Source of the DNA: a virus
IMG/VR virus record: IMGVR_UViG_3300047319_000532
Length of the DNA stretch: 64,000 bases
Direction: 5' to 3' (one strand)
Below are positions 8,471 through 16,465 of the stretch, piece after piece. Position numbers and translations under genes: made by a program. The notes under the pieces were generated by a model. The model ran no database searches and had not been told where the DNA came from. It saw nothing but the letters and a program-made list of their open reading frames with translations. Numbering within the stretch: position 1 is the stretch's first letter; every line of letters begins with the position of its first letter.

Positions 8471-8509
8471 CGGGGGCGGCAGTCGCCCCCGTACTGAGGA
8501 GCGCCCACC

Positions 8510-8746
8510 ATGGTCACCGTCTACACCGGCACCTATGAAATCCAGACCAAATTGTTCCGCACGCAGCGGTCTTTCCAATTCAAGACGCTCGAGCATCGCA
8601 TGGAGTTTGAGCGGCTGGCCGCGGCGATCGGCGTCAAGCGCGTCGCCTCCAACATCGATCACACCATGACCGCCGCCGAGGCGTTCGACGAGCTGGTCGA
8701 AGAGAAGCTGCGCTGCGACGACATCGCCCTTGGACGCATCGGCTGA
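8510..8746 (+). CDS. hypothetical protein
   Basis: 78 aa, RBS tgaggagcgcccaccATG. Confidence 0.65.
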   Translation: MVTVYTGTYEIQTKLFRTQRSFQFKTLEHRMEFERLAAAIGVKRVASNIDHTMTAAEAFDELVEEKLRCDDIALGRIG

Positions 8747-8829
8747 TGCGCCCGTTCTGGGTGGACGCCCTTTACGTCTTCGGCGCGACGATCGTCATGC
8801 TCGTCTACATCAATCTGGTTGGACCTTGA
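8746..8829 (+). CDS. tiny hydrophobic peptide (27 aa, one TM)
   Basis: TGATG stop/start coupling with the previous gene. MRPFWVDALYVFGATIVMLVYINLVGP. Below the track's ORF size cut-off; read by hand. Confidence 0.4.
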   Translation: MRPFWVDALYVFGATIVMLVYINLVGP

Positions 8830-8913
8830 GGTCGAAATGGTCCCACGGGGCCATAGTCGGGTATCTTTCCCGGCCTGATGAAAATCAGCCAGAATCAAAA
8901 AAGGAACACACGC

Positions 8914-9051
8914 ATGAACAAGATCATCGTTGGCGTCATTCTGGTCGCCTTGGGCGTCCTTGGCTATGTCGCCATGGCCAAGGCTGGCAGCTGCACCACC
9001 ACCTGCCAGACCTACGGCAACCAGCGCAGCTGCTACACCACCTGCTATTGA
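8914..9051 (+). CDS. secreted Cys-rich mini-protein (45-aa precursor, ~21-aa mature part)
   Basis: Hand-read ORF MNKIIVGVILVALGVLGYVAMAKA|GSCTTTCQTYGNQRSCYTTCY. It has a signal-peptide-like N-terminus with an A-x-A site, twin CxxxC motifs and RBS aaggaacacacgcATG. A terminator hairpin follows directly. Confidence 0.55.
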   Translation: MNKIIVGVILVALGVLGYVAMAKAGSCTTTCQTYGNQRSCYTTCY

Positions 9052-9057
9052 CCGGGC

Positions 9058-9080
9058 CGGGGGCTCGCGCCCCCGTTTCC
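9058..9080 (+). terminator. rho-independent terminator
   Basis: CGGGGGC(9058-9064)/GCCCCCG(9069-9075), 4-nt loop, then TTTCC. Confidence 0.6.
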
Positions 9081-9103
9081 CTCCCAACCGAAGGAGAACG
9101 AGG

Positions 9104-9229
9104 ATGGATCTGGAGGAATACGGCCCACTTTGCTTTATCGCGCTGGTCGCGTTCGGCATGTGGTTTTTCTGGCCTGATCGGGACGCGCCTGCGCCGACGC
9201 CGATCTTCACTTATGGAGCCAGAAAATGA
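9104..9229 (+). CDS. small membrane peptide (41 aa, one TM)
   Basis: RBS gaaggagaacgaggATG. MDLEEYGPLCFIALVAFGMWFFWPDRD.... Tail part of track ORF 8930..9229. Confidence 0.5.
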   Translation: MDLEEYGPLCFIALVAFGMWFFWPDRDAPAPTPIFTYGARK

Positions 9230-9441
9230 GCTGGCGGCCCGAAGTGAAAGTTGGCAACCACTGGGAGAAAAACAGCGTGGTGTTCGCCACCAAAGAGGAG
9301 GCGGCGGAAAACGCCCGCAATCTATTCAATAGCTGGACGACGGCGGATGACTATCGCGCCGTCGAAACTGACGAACCCGTAAATTACCAAATGGTTAACG
9401 GGCGCGCGCGCCTTGTCCCCTATCCTGAAGGAGAAAAGTAA
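9226..9441 (+). CDS. hypothetical protein
   Basis: 71 aa, ATGA overlap. Confidence 0.65.
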   Translation: MSWRPEVKVGNHWEKNSVVFATKEEAAENARNLFNSWTTADDYRAVETDEPVNYQMVNGRARLVPYPEGEK

Positions 9442-9752
9442 TGCATGAAGCCGTCCCCCCGATTTTCTACGGCAAGCTGTCCAAGATCGATCGGATTCGC
9501 TCGCTCACCTTGGGCGTGTTCATCACGCAGGCTTTTGACGGCGAGACGCCAGATTTCATGATTAACACTTCGATGCTGGCGATGGTCGCCGCCATGCACC
9601 ACAAGCTGAGCCCCCAGCACGCTCATGAGCCGATGGCTGTGGATGACGTCCTGAAGGAGTTTTGCGATTGCGTCAGGGCAACGCTTGGCAACCTCGAGGA
9701 GCATTGCGCCCACATGCACGCCATGAAGGAGGATCCGGCCAATGTCAGCTGA
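9441..9752 (+). CDS. hypothetical protein, paralog A of a tandem pair
   Basis: 103 aa. PPIFYGKLSKIDRIR...ETPDFMINTSMLAMVAAM aligns with the next ORF. Confidence 0.65.
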   Translation: MHEAVPPIFYGKLSKIDRIRSLTLGVFITQAFDGETPDFMINTSMLAMVAAMHHKLSPQHAHEPMAVDDVLKEFCDCVRATLGNLEEHCAHMHAMKEDPANVS

Positions 9753-10023
9753 GCTTTTCCCCTTTCCGCCAGTGTTTTACGGCGAGCCTGATGAGCACGA
9801 GAAGACTCGCATCACCATGGACGCGCATGTGTTCGGCTCCAGCATGTTCAACGAGACGCCCGAGCATGTGCTCAACGTCGCGATCATGCTGATGGTCATG
9901 GCCACCAGCGGCCTCGACGAAAAGCAGGACGTCGCCGACGTGATCAGCAAGGCCGCCGAGTGCGTCACCAAGTCTTATGATTCCTTTCTGGCGTGGCAGG
10001 CGGCGGGGGAGCCTGTGTCGTGA
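9742..10023 (+). CDS. hypothetical protein, paralog B of a tandem pair
   Basis: 93 aa. PPVFYGEPDEHEKTR...ETPEHVLNVAIMLMVMAT. Confidence 0.65.
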   Translation: MSAELFPFPPVFYGEPDEHEKTRITMDAHVFGSSMFNETPEHVLNVAIMLMVMATSGLDEKQDVADVISKAAECVTKSYDSFLAWQAAGEPVS

Positions 10024-10313
10024 TAGACCTGCGCAAGCCCCGGGAAGGCGCGCCACAGCTGCCGTTCGAGCTGGTTCGGGACGCCTGCGTGCTGCTCTAC
10101 GGGCCCGGCTGGCAGTCGGCGCTGGCGCGCGAGCTGCAGGTGTCTACGCGCACGGTGCATCGGTGGCTGTGGGGCAAGGGGGTCATGCCGATCGGGCTCG
10201 GCGAGCACCTGCAGCACAAATGCAGGGGACGCCGTCGGCAGCTGGATGTTGTGATCGCCATGCTGGCCCAACACGAGATGCAGTGTCTGGACTTTGACCG
10301 GTCGCGGGTCTAA
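10020..10313 (+). CDS. helix-turn-helix DNA-binding protein
   Basis: GTGA overlap start at 10020 (track alternative ATG 9993). HTH-like ALARELQVSTRTVHRWLWGKG. Last gene before a hairpin terminator. Confidence 0.6.
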   Translation: MIDLRKPREGAPQLPFELVRDACVLLYGPGWQSALARELQVSTRTVHRWLWGKGVMPIGLGEHLQHKCRGRRRQLDVVIAMLAQHEMQCLDFDRSRV

Positions 10314-10335
10314 TCTGGGCCCCCTCAAACGAAGA

Positions 10336-10358
10336 CCCCCCGGCTTTTGACCGGGGGG
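10336..10358 (+). terminator. GC hairpin terminator (no T-tract)
   Basis: CCCCCCGG(10336-10343)/CCGGGGGG(10351-10358), loop CTTTTGA. Confidence 0.45.
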
Positions 10359-10463
10359 CCCACGTACCGGGACACAGACGCACAAGCACACCGAAGGAGA
10401 ACTAAGGAAGCTCGCGAGATAGGATCAACCAGCCCGCGTTGAATCTAACTTGCCTCCCTTACA

Positions 10464-11249
10464 ATGTCAACGATGCTTAACCTGCTCTTTGCAGGCGCAG
10501 CGACCTATTGTCTGCAGGAGGCAGGAGTGGCGGTTTACAAGGCCGAGCTGGTCAAAAAGATATTGCGCATGGCGGAGAGCGAGCACGACGGCGAGGCCGC
10601 CGCGGCAATGCGTAAACTGACAGCCATGGCGAAGGAGCAGGGCCACAACCTTGATGAGATGATGGCGCACGTCTACGGCAATGGTTCGGCCAGCGAAAGC
10701 TCGAGGCCCAGCGGCAGGTATCGGGATCCTTTCGAGGATCTGTTCCGGCAGGCCCGGCGCGCGCAGGCGGCGGCGGCAGAAGCCCGGCGCGAGCGTGAAG
10801 AGGCCGAGGCTCAGGCGCAGCGCGATCGGGAGCAACGGGCTCGAGAGCGCGAGGCGTCCAACCGGGCCGAGCGCCGGGCGGCGGAATCAGACGCGCGCCG
10901 GGCCCGCACCGGCGGCTTCAACCCGGGCGGCTTCAATCCGGGCGGCTTCAAATGGGATTCCAGCCCATGGGCGTTTCAGGGCGAGCCGCCGCCATGGGCC
11001 AACAAGGGCGAGAGCGCGGGCGGCAGGCGGTTTTTCGAGCCGTTGCTGATGTCGGTGCAGGAGATGGTCGATCTGTGGGGCATCGGGCCGCTGACGCCTT
11101 GGGAGCAAAGCTTCGTCACCGACATTTTGTCACGCGGCATGAACTACCGGACGACGCCTGCGCAGGATGACGTGTTGCGCAAGATCCATGAAAAGTACCA
11201 GCGGCACGCCACACGCAACGGCGACGAAAAAGGCTTCTGGGGGAGATAA
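10464..11249 (+). CDS. DUF2786-like protein with Arg/Glu coiled coil and GGFNPGG repeats
   Basis: KKILRMAESEHDGEAAAAMRKLTAMAKEQGHNL resembles the DUF2786 signature. Followed by an RE-rich helix, GGFNPGGFNPGGF and a C-terminal globular part. No SD sequence ahead of the ATG. Confidence 0.7.
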   Translation: MSTMLNLLFAGAATYCLQEAGVAVYKAELVKKILRMAESEHDGEAAAAMRKLTAMAKEQGHNLDEMMAHVYGNGSASESSRPSGRYRDPFEDLFRQARRAQAAAAEARREREEAEAQAQRDREQRAREREASNRAERRAAESDARRARTGGFNPGGFNPGGFKWDSSPWAFQGEPPPWANKGESAGGRRFFEPLLMSVQEMVDLWGIGPLTPWEQSFVTDILSRGMNYRTTPAQDDVLRKIHEKYQRHATRNGDEKGFWGR

Positions 11250-11254
11250 AAGAA

Positions 11255-11288
11255 GGGCCCACGCTCGGGAGAGTGCGGGGCCCTTTTT
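11255..11288 (+). terminator. rho-independent terminator
   Basis: GGGCCC...GGGGCCC imperfect stem followed by TTTTT (11284-11288). Confidence 0.75.
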
Positions 11289-11315
11289 AGTTCACACGCC
11301 TACCAATCGTGAAAG

Positions 11316-14312
11316 ATGAACATGGCCGATACGACAGGAAATTACAAGCCTTTTGACATTCCTCCGCCCGGATCTTCGTTAAACGCCCAGCTGGCGGCGC
11401 TTCAGCTGCTTGACAGGGGCTGGCAGGTCATCCCGCTGGTCGGCAAAGCCCCGAGGGCTCCGGGCTGGCAGGACGCCCCCGATCGGCTGGCCTTCCTCAA
11501 GGAGCACCTGCAGCCTGACGGCAATCTCGGCGTGGTCTGCGGCCATCCTACCGGCGGCTTCGGCGTCGATGGGCCGCTGTTCATGGTCGGGCTCGACATT
11601 GACTTCACCGACCTCGAGGCTGCGGTCGCAGCGCACAAGATGCTGACTGGCATGGCCTACCGCGTTGGCGCTTTCCCGAAATTCATGATCGCGGCGCAGG
11701 TGTCGGGCGGCGATTCCTACAGCATGGACTATGAATGGGTCAAAGACGACAAGTCGATCAAGCTGCAGATCCTTGGCCGTTCCGATCAGCAGGGCCCCAA
11801 GCAATTCGTCAACTGGGGCATGCACCCGGACACGCGCACGGCCTATCGGCACGAGAAGAACGCCGATGGCATGACGCTGTTCGACCTGCGCCCGAGCGAA
11901 TTGCCGATCGTGCATCTGGCCAGTTTCTACGCCGATTTGAACATCATTTTAGGCGCGCTGGGCTGGCGCTGGGTGATTAAGGCGACCAACGAGCCCGGCG
12001 AGGGCGAGTTTGCTGGCGACATTTCGCCGGAGATGATCCAGCGCGCCAAAAACCTGTTCAAGCGCAAGCTGGTCGATCTGGCGGCGCGCGCCGCTGGCAC
12101 CGGGCGCGGCGACGACACCCACAGGCTTGGCCTGCAGATCGGCATGCACATCAAGCGCGGCCTGCTGAGCCTTGACGAGTGCGTGGCGGAGCTGCAGGCG
12201 GCGATGCCCGACAATCCCAACGCATGGACGCGCGAATTTCAGCGCGGCGTGCACGCCTCCACCGGCGAGATGCTGAAGGCTGACGCAGCCCGGGAAGAGG
12301 CGAAGAGCAATATCGACTGGGAAAGCGCAGCCGCGGCGCAGGGCGTGGACTGGGAGGCGATCAAGACGAGGAGCATGGGCAATGGAGCCCCGCCGGGCGG
12401 CGGCGCTGGCGGGGCGTGTACACCGCCGCCCGGGCCGCGCAAGAGCGGCTACGAGCTGGCCCTCGACATGCTGCACGACAAGGTTGAGAAGAAAAACGTG
12501 CTGATGCACGGCGGCGACACCAGCATGGCGGCGATCGTGGCCGAGGCCGCCACTGCGGCGATGTGTCGGCGCGTGTTCCGCGGCGCGGCCAATGATGTGG
12601 TGCGCGTGCTGCCGTCGGCTGGCGCGCATGGTCTGGCGGCGCTGGTTGCGCCCGACGGCGATTTCAACCTTTCAGCTTTGCCCACACCCAATGTGCGCGA
12701 ATCCATCCCGACTGACGCAGGCTGCAAGCTGTTGATCAGCGACGCGGTGCAATGCTGGTCTGCAATTAATTCCCCCGTCCGTGACGGCAACACCAGCGCG
12801 GCGACGGTTTCCGAGGATGGCGACACCATCACGTGGCAGGAAACTAATCAACGCGGCGCGGTGGTGATGCTGGAGGCCAAGACCCACCAGTGGGCGTTGC
12901 GCGAGGGCTATAACATCGGGCGCGCCGCATGGCTCGACAATCGCGATGTGTGGATCCGCTGCGGCCCGCCCAAGGGCGACACCATGAAGGAGGCGATCTG
13001 CAATTTCCGGCTGGGCTCGGGCACGGTCGGCACGCCTCGCCTCAACAGCGTTTCGACGGCCCCATCCTTTGGCAGGGAAGGCCGCCTGCTGCTCGACGAT
13101 GGCGTGCTCGACGTGGGGCCCGGCGAAGTGGTTTTCACGGCGCTGGGGCCGCTGCGTGGCCGCGTGCACGTCAATGGCGACGCCGATGCGGCCAAGGCGC
13201 GGCTGCGGGCGTTCCTGAAGGCTTTCCCCTTCGTCGATGAGGTGTCGGAAGGCGTGGCGTTGTCGCTGCTGTTCACGCTGATGGCGCGCGGCGCTTTCCC
13301 CATCCCGCCGGGCTATGCGATCGACGCGCCGGAATATGGCGCAGGCAAGACCTATCTGGCGCTGGTCATGGCTGCGGTGGCAGGCATGGGCTACAATGTC
13401 ATCCCGTGCGGATCCGATGCAGGAACAGATGAAGAGTTGGTCAAGCGTTTCGAAACGGCGTTGATGACTGGCTCGAGCGGCATGCTGCTGCTTGACGACG
13501 TGCCCGGCGGCAAGATGCCGAACTTCTCCACGCTGCGCACCTACCTGTCGGCGACGACGCCGGAAATAAAGATCCGGCGCTTTGGCAAGAATGATGATCA
13601 GGTCACGGTCCGCATCGATCGCTCGACCTTGGTGGTGACGGGCAACGCGATCGACGTCAGCAAGGACATGATCCGCCGCCTGCTGCGCTGCTACCTGTCG
13701 CAGGGCGTGGCCAACGAGGAGACCGGCTGGACGACTGAAAAAGGGCGCGCAATCATTGAAGACGGCGTGTTCAAGGATCCAAATAAGTGGGCGCAGCTGC
13801 TGTCTGACGCGCTTACCATCCTCAAGCATAACTGGGACCACCGCCCCTGTCAGCTCACGCCTACGCAGAACTATGAGGGCTGGTCTCGCGTGGTGCGCGA
13901 GGCGGTCAAGTTTGCGCTTGGCGTCGATGTTGATGATTCACGTGAGGAAATGGCCGAATTTGATGACGATCGCCAGCAGTGGCAGGAAACCATGGCGCGT
14001 GTGTTTAGCATCAAGGGCGAGGCGGTGTTTACGACGGTTGATATTGCCGAGCTGGCCAAGGGCACAACTAGGTCATCGTCGTTTTCAGTCAGCGCGGCGT
14101 CAGCGCCAAAGCCGATCGACGAGCTGGCGGAGGAATTTGAATTTCACCGTGGTGGGCAGGCGAAGTTCGTAACACGGCTGGGTAATTTTCTCAAAACGCA
14201 CAAGGACAGAGCATTTCCAGTGGGCACTGACGCCATGCGCTTACGTCGCATGCCACACAAAACGAAAAACAGCAATGAGAAGACGCGCTGGCATTTTGTG
14301 AAGGTGCGCTGA
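11316..14312 (+). CDS. bifunctional primase-polymerase (Prim-Pol) / P-loop helicase
   Basis: N-terminal Prim-Pol signature LQLLDRGWQVIPLVGKAPRAPGWQD. Walker A EYGAGKTYLA and Walker B MLLLDDVPG in the C-terminal half. 998 aa. Confidence 0.9.
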   Translation: MNMADTTGNYKPFDIPPPGSSLNAQLAALQLLDRGWQVIPLVGKAPRAPGWQDAPDRLAFLKEHLQPDGNLGVVCGHPTGGFGVDGPLFMVGLDIDFTDLEAAVAAHKMLTGMAYRVGAFPKFMIAAQVSGGDSYSMDYEWVKDDKSIKLQILGRSDQQGPKQFVNWGMHPDTRTAYRHEKNADGMTLFDLRPSELPIVHLASFYADLNIILGALGWRWVIKATNEPGEGEFAGDISPEMIQRAKNLFKRKLVDLAARAAGTGRGDDTHRLGLQIGMHIKRGLLSLDECVAELQAAMPDNPNAWTREFQRGVHASTGEMLKADAAREEAKSNIDWESAAAAQGVDWEAIKTRSMGNGAPPGGGAGGACTPPPGPRKSGYELALDMLHDKVEKKNVLMHGGDTSMAAIVAEAATAAMCRRVFRGAANDVVRVLPSAGAHGLAALVAPDGDFNLSALPTPNVRESIPTDAGCKLLISDAVQCWSAINSPVRDGNTSAATVSEDGDTITWQETNQRGAVVMLEAKTHQWALREGYNIGRAAWLDNRDVWIRCGPPKGDTMKEAICNFRLGSGTVGTPRLNSVSTAPSFGREGRLLLDDGVLDVGPGEVVFTALGPLRGRVHVNGDADAAKARLRAFLKAFPFVDEVSEGVALSLLFTLMARGAFPIPPGYAIDAPEYGAGKTYLALVMAAVAGMGYNVIPCGSDAGTDEELVKRFETALMTGSSGMLLLDDVPGGKMPNFSTLRTYLSATTPEIKIRRFGKNDDQVTVRIDRSTLVVTGNAIDVSKDMIRRLLRCYLSQGVANEETGWTTEKGRAIIEDGVFKDPNKWAQLLSDALTILKHNWDHRPCQLTPTQNYEGWSRVVREAVKFALGVDVDDSREEMAEFDDDRQQWQETMARVFSIKGEAVFTTVDIAELAKGTTRSSSFSVSAASAPKPIDELAEEFEFHRGGQAKFVTRLGNFLKTHKDRAFPVGTDAMRLRRMPHKTKNSNEKTRWHFVKVR

Positions 14313-14592
14313 GTGCCTCTTAGGTGCCTCTTGTATGGTTTTTTGGCTGTGTCACTAGAACTTCTAGGCTTACAGCCTGTTTTACTAAGAGGCGTAAGAG
14401 GCACTAAGAGGCACTTTCTCCCTCAAGGGAAATAATGGTTGTGAATAATACAAAACGAGTACGTTCTCTATATGTACTATTTCACATGCTTTTTTTTACG
14501 GGGTGTAGGTGCCTCTTAATGCCTCTTATGCGCCTCTTCTTTTTCAGGCTGTGTGCTTAGAAGTTCTAAGGACACAGCCATGTAAGAGGCAC
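14313..14592. repeat. iteron/hairpin array, candidate replication origin
   Basis: 10-mer TAAGAGGCAC or its complement at 14313, 14324, 14386, 14395, 14405, 14509, 14519, 14530 and 14583. Two related 33-nt hairpins at 14345-14377 and 14547-14579. An AT-rich ~95-bp core at 14415-14508. Lies immediately downstream of the primase-helicase gene. Confidence 0.6.
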
Positions 14593-14695
14593 TTTCTGGT
14601 CTGCTACGGTTCAGCTGTGTATTCGGTTGGTTATTTTGCAGTTTTAACGCGCGCATGCAAGAAAGTCGTCTAGCGCATACAGAAAGGAGGGTGAA

Positions 14696-14854
14696 ATGGT
14701 GAAAAAGACTAAAAAGTCACGTAAGCTGGTGGTTCAGGACATGACTGTGGATAATATGACGGAGAGTATGAAGAAAGAACAGGCTGCTGGCTGGGATTAC
14801 AGCGTGCTGATCAACAACCCGATTTTGCCCAGTGTTTTTAAGATTGTGAAATGA
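14696..14854 (+). CDS. small low-GC hypothetical protein (52 aa)
   Basis: Hand-read ORF MVKKTKKSRKLVVQDMTVDNMTESMKKEQAAGWDYSVLINNPILPSVFKIVK with strong RBS aaaggagggtgaaATG. AT-rich composition. Confidence 0.5.
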   Translation: MVKKTKKSRKLVVQDMTVDNMTESMKKEQAAGWDYSVLINNPILPSVFKIVK

Positions 14855-14877
14855 CAGTCGCCAGCCGAATACGCAAC

Positions 14878-14909
14878 AAAAAACCCCGGGGCTCTCGCTC
14901 CGGGGTTTT
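14878..14909. terminator. bidirectional rho-independent terminator
   Basis: AAAAAA-CCCCGG(14884-14889)...CCGGGG(14900-14905)-TTTT, between convergent genes. Confidence 0.8.
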
Positions 14910-14941
14910 CACTGTCATCAATTTTGCCGAATCCGTGACAG

Positions 14942-16057
14942 TCAGGCGGCGACCAGATCGAGCAGCTTGCCCGCGGCGCGCTCGATCGAGACGCGATCGT
15001 CCTGCCACTGGACGCCCTTGGCGGCGGCGGTCAGGCCGGTCACCACATCCCACACCGATTCCATCGGGCGGCCCTCTTCAGCCTCGTGGGAAGCCTGCGC
15101 GCGGGCGATCAGGCTCGAGGTGAACTTGCGCGACTTCAGAAACTCCTCGACGTTGTCCACCTTCTTATTCTGCGCGGCGATCAGTTTGGCCTCGACCGGG
15201 CTGGCCGCGCTGTGGCGATAGGTCTCGAGGACCGGCAGCGCCTGCTCGAGCCAACGATCGGGAGCGCCCGAGGTGTGGCGGATGGCGATGCGGCTGACGT
15301 CCTGCGCGCCCCAGACGATGCGGTTGCAGCAGGCGTAATCGAACAAGAAGGCGGTGATTTCGAGGATGCCAGCGCCGACTTCCGAGTTGCGGACGAAGAA
15401 ACCACGAGCCAGCGAGCCCTGACGACCACCGCGGCGGTTCGGCAGCACGATGCGGTTTTCCTCGTCGGCGAGGAACACGAACATATCGCGATCGCCCGCA
15501 TAGAGCGTGGTGTTGGCCTTGGTCACGTCGATGCGCTTGCCAAACTCGCCCGGCACGCGCCAGTCGCCGTCGATGCCATTGCCGAAGTTGGCCTTGAGCG
15601 CATCGGCGATCGTGGTGTTCCACACGCGGCCATAGTTCGGGCCAGTGGCGGCGTCGAGCGAGAAGCCCTCGTCGCCGCGGCGGAGGAGCAGGCCGACGTC
15701 GGCGACGTCGCGGGTGACCTTGAGGCCGAAGTTGACGCAGTCAGCAGCCAAAGACGGGTGTAGGGTGCGAAGGTAGCCAGCAGGCGCGCCAGCGAGGTTG
15801 GCCAGCTGGCCGAAGGCGAAGTGGGTCGGCGCGGCGGCGTTGCCCTTCTCGCCGACGATGTGCAGGCCGTTGTCGCCGTCCGGCTCGCAGGTGATCGAGC
15901 GGCTCGAGACGACCTTGCCCGCCGAGCGGACGCGCTGGTTGTAGCAATGTTCAGCCAGATCGTTGAGGTTGACGAAGCGTTCGTCGTTCGGGCGCGAAGC
16001 CCACTGGCGGGAAGCGGCGGTCAGGGTGGAGGTGTTCGCGAGAGCCATGATTTTCAT
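14942..16057 (-). CDS. DUF932 (phage/plasmid-like protein, TIGR03299-type)
   Basis: 371 aa. Blocks YGRVWNTTIADAL, TLYAGDRDMFVFL, LARGFFVRNSEVG and FLFDYACCNRIVWG match my memory of the DUF932 family. Confidence 0.8.
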   Translation of the reverse strand: MKIMALANTSTLTAASRQWASRPNDERFVNLNDLAEHCYNQRVRSAGKVVSSRSITCEPDGDNGLHIVGEKGNAAAPTHFAFGQLANLAGAPAGYLRTLHPSLAADCVNFGLKVTRDVADVGLLLRRGDEGFSLDAATGPNYGRVWNTTIADALKANFGNGIDGDWRVPGEFGKRIDVTKANTTLYAGDRDMFVFLADEENRIVLPNRRGGRQGSLARGFFVRNSEVGAGILEITAFLFDYACCNRIVWGAQDVSRIAIRHTSGAPDRWLEQALPVLETYRHSAASPVEAKLIAAQNKKVDNVEEFLKSRKFTSSLIARAQASHEAEEGRPMESVWDVVTGLTAAAKGVQWQDDRVSIERAAGKLLDLVAA

Positions 16058-16099
16058 CCTTCGGGTGTTTGCGGCGTCTTGCCGCGTTGAACTGTCTGT

Positions 16100-16128
16100 A
16101 CCTTAGAAGCTGCGTATTCGGCTGTCAA
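16100..16128 (-). promoter_or_regulatory. sigma70-like promoter (class II element) for the DUF932 gene
   Basis: Minus strand TTGACA(16128-16123)-17 bp-TAAGGT(16105-16100). Spacer GCCGAATACGCAGCTTC carries the shared CGnATACGC core. Confidence 0.55.
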
Positions 16129-16135
16129 TCTAATT

Positions 16136-16158
16136 CCACAGGATTTTAGATCCTGTGG
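16136..16158. promoter_or_regulatory. perfect 9-bp inverted repeat overlapping a DnaA box
   Basis: CCACAGGAT(16136-16144) TTTAG ATCCTGTGG(16150-16158), between the 16169 gene stop and the DUF932 promoter. Confidence 0.5.
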
Positions 16159-16162
16159 ATAA
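16154..16162 (-). promoter_or_regulatory. consensus DnaA box TTATCCACA
   Basis: Plus strand TGTGGATAA. It lies 25 bp upstream of the -35 at 16123-16128. Part of a 15-nt block CCTGTGGATAACTTT repeated at 16791-16805. Confidence 0.5.
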
Positions 16163-16168
16163 CTTTTT

Positions 16169-16441
16169 TCAGCGGTAGATGTTCAGCTTGTCGAGAGCGC
16201 GCTCGTCGTGCTTGGAGACGCAGCCTTGCAGGTTCTCGAGGATCCAGTTTGCGCCCTCGCCGGTGACCTGAAAGCCCTCGCGGGTGTTCTTGAGCAGGAT
16301 CGGGCCGACGCCGAAGACGACGCGCTGGTCGATGCTGCTGTCCCAGCCATAACGGATGTTGCCGTGGTCATCGAAGGCAAGGTCGCCCTTGGCCCCGTAG
16401 ATCAGGGCAGTGGCGATGCGATTGTGTTGGGTCTGGTTCAT
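16169..16441 (-). CDS. hypothetical protein
   Basis: 90 aa, RBS aggagaac (minus strand), 24 nt after the upstream gene. Confidence 0.65.
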   Translation of the reverse strand: MNQTQHNRIATALIYGAKGDLAFDDHGNIRYGWDSSIDQRVVFGVGPILLKNTREGFQVTGEGANWILENLQGCVSKHDERALDKLNIYR

Positions 16442-16465
16442 GCGTGTTCTCCTGTCGAGTGTGGT

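Noticed and set aside
8659-9332. Track ORFs 8730..9332 (+, 200 aa), 8930..9229 (+) and 8659..9210 (-)
   Set aside because: The translations are Arg/Pro/Ser-rich nonsense. The region is better explained by three short ORFs with RBS, signal-peptide or TM character and an intervening terminator. Only the tail of 8930..9229 was kept, as 9104..9229.
10439-10465. Promoter TTGAAT (10439-10444) ... TACAAT (10460-10465) giving a leaderless transcript for gene 10464
   Set aside because: The spacer is only 15 bp and the -10 would overlap the start codon. Too weak to list as a feature. The lack of an SD is noted under the leaderless finding.
14313-14592. Possibility that the 10-mer repeat array is a CRISPR array
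   Set aside because: The repeats are only ~10 nt, occur in both orientations, are often directly abutting without spacers, and there are no cas genes. An iteron/origin interpretation fits better.
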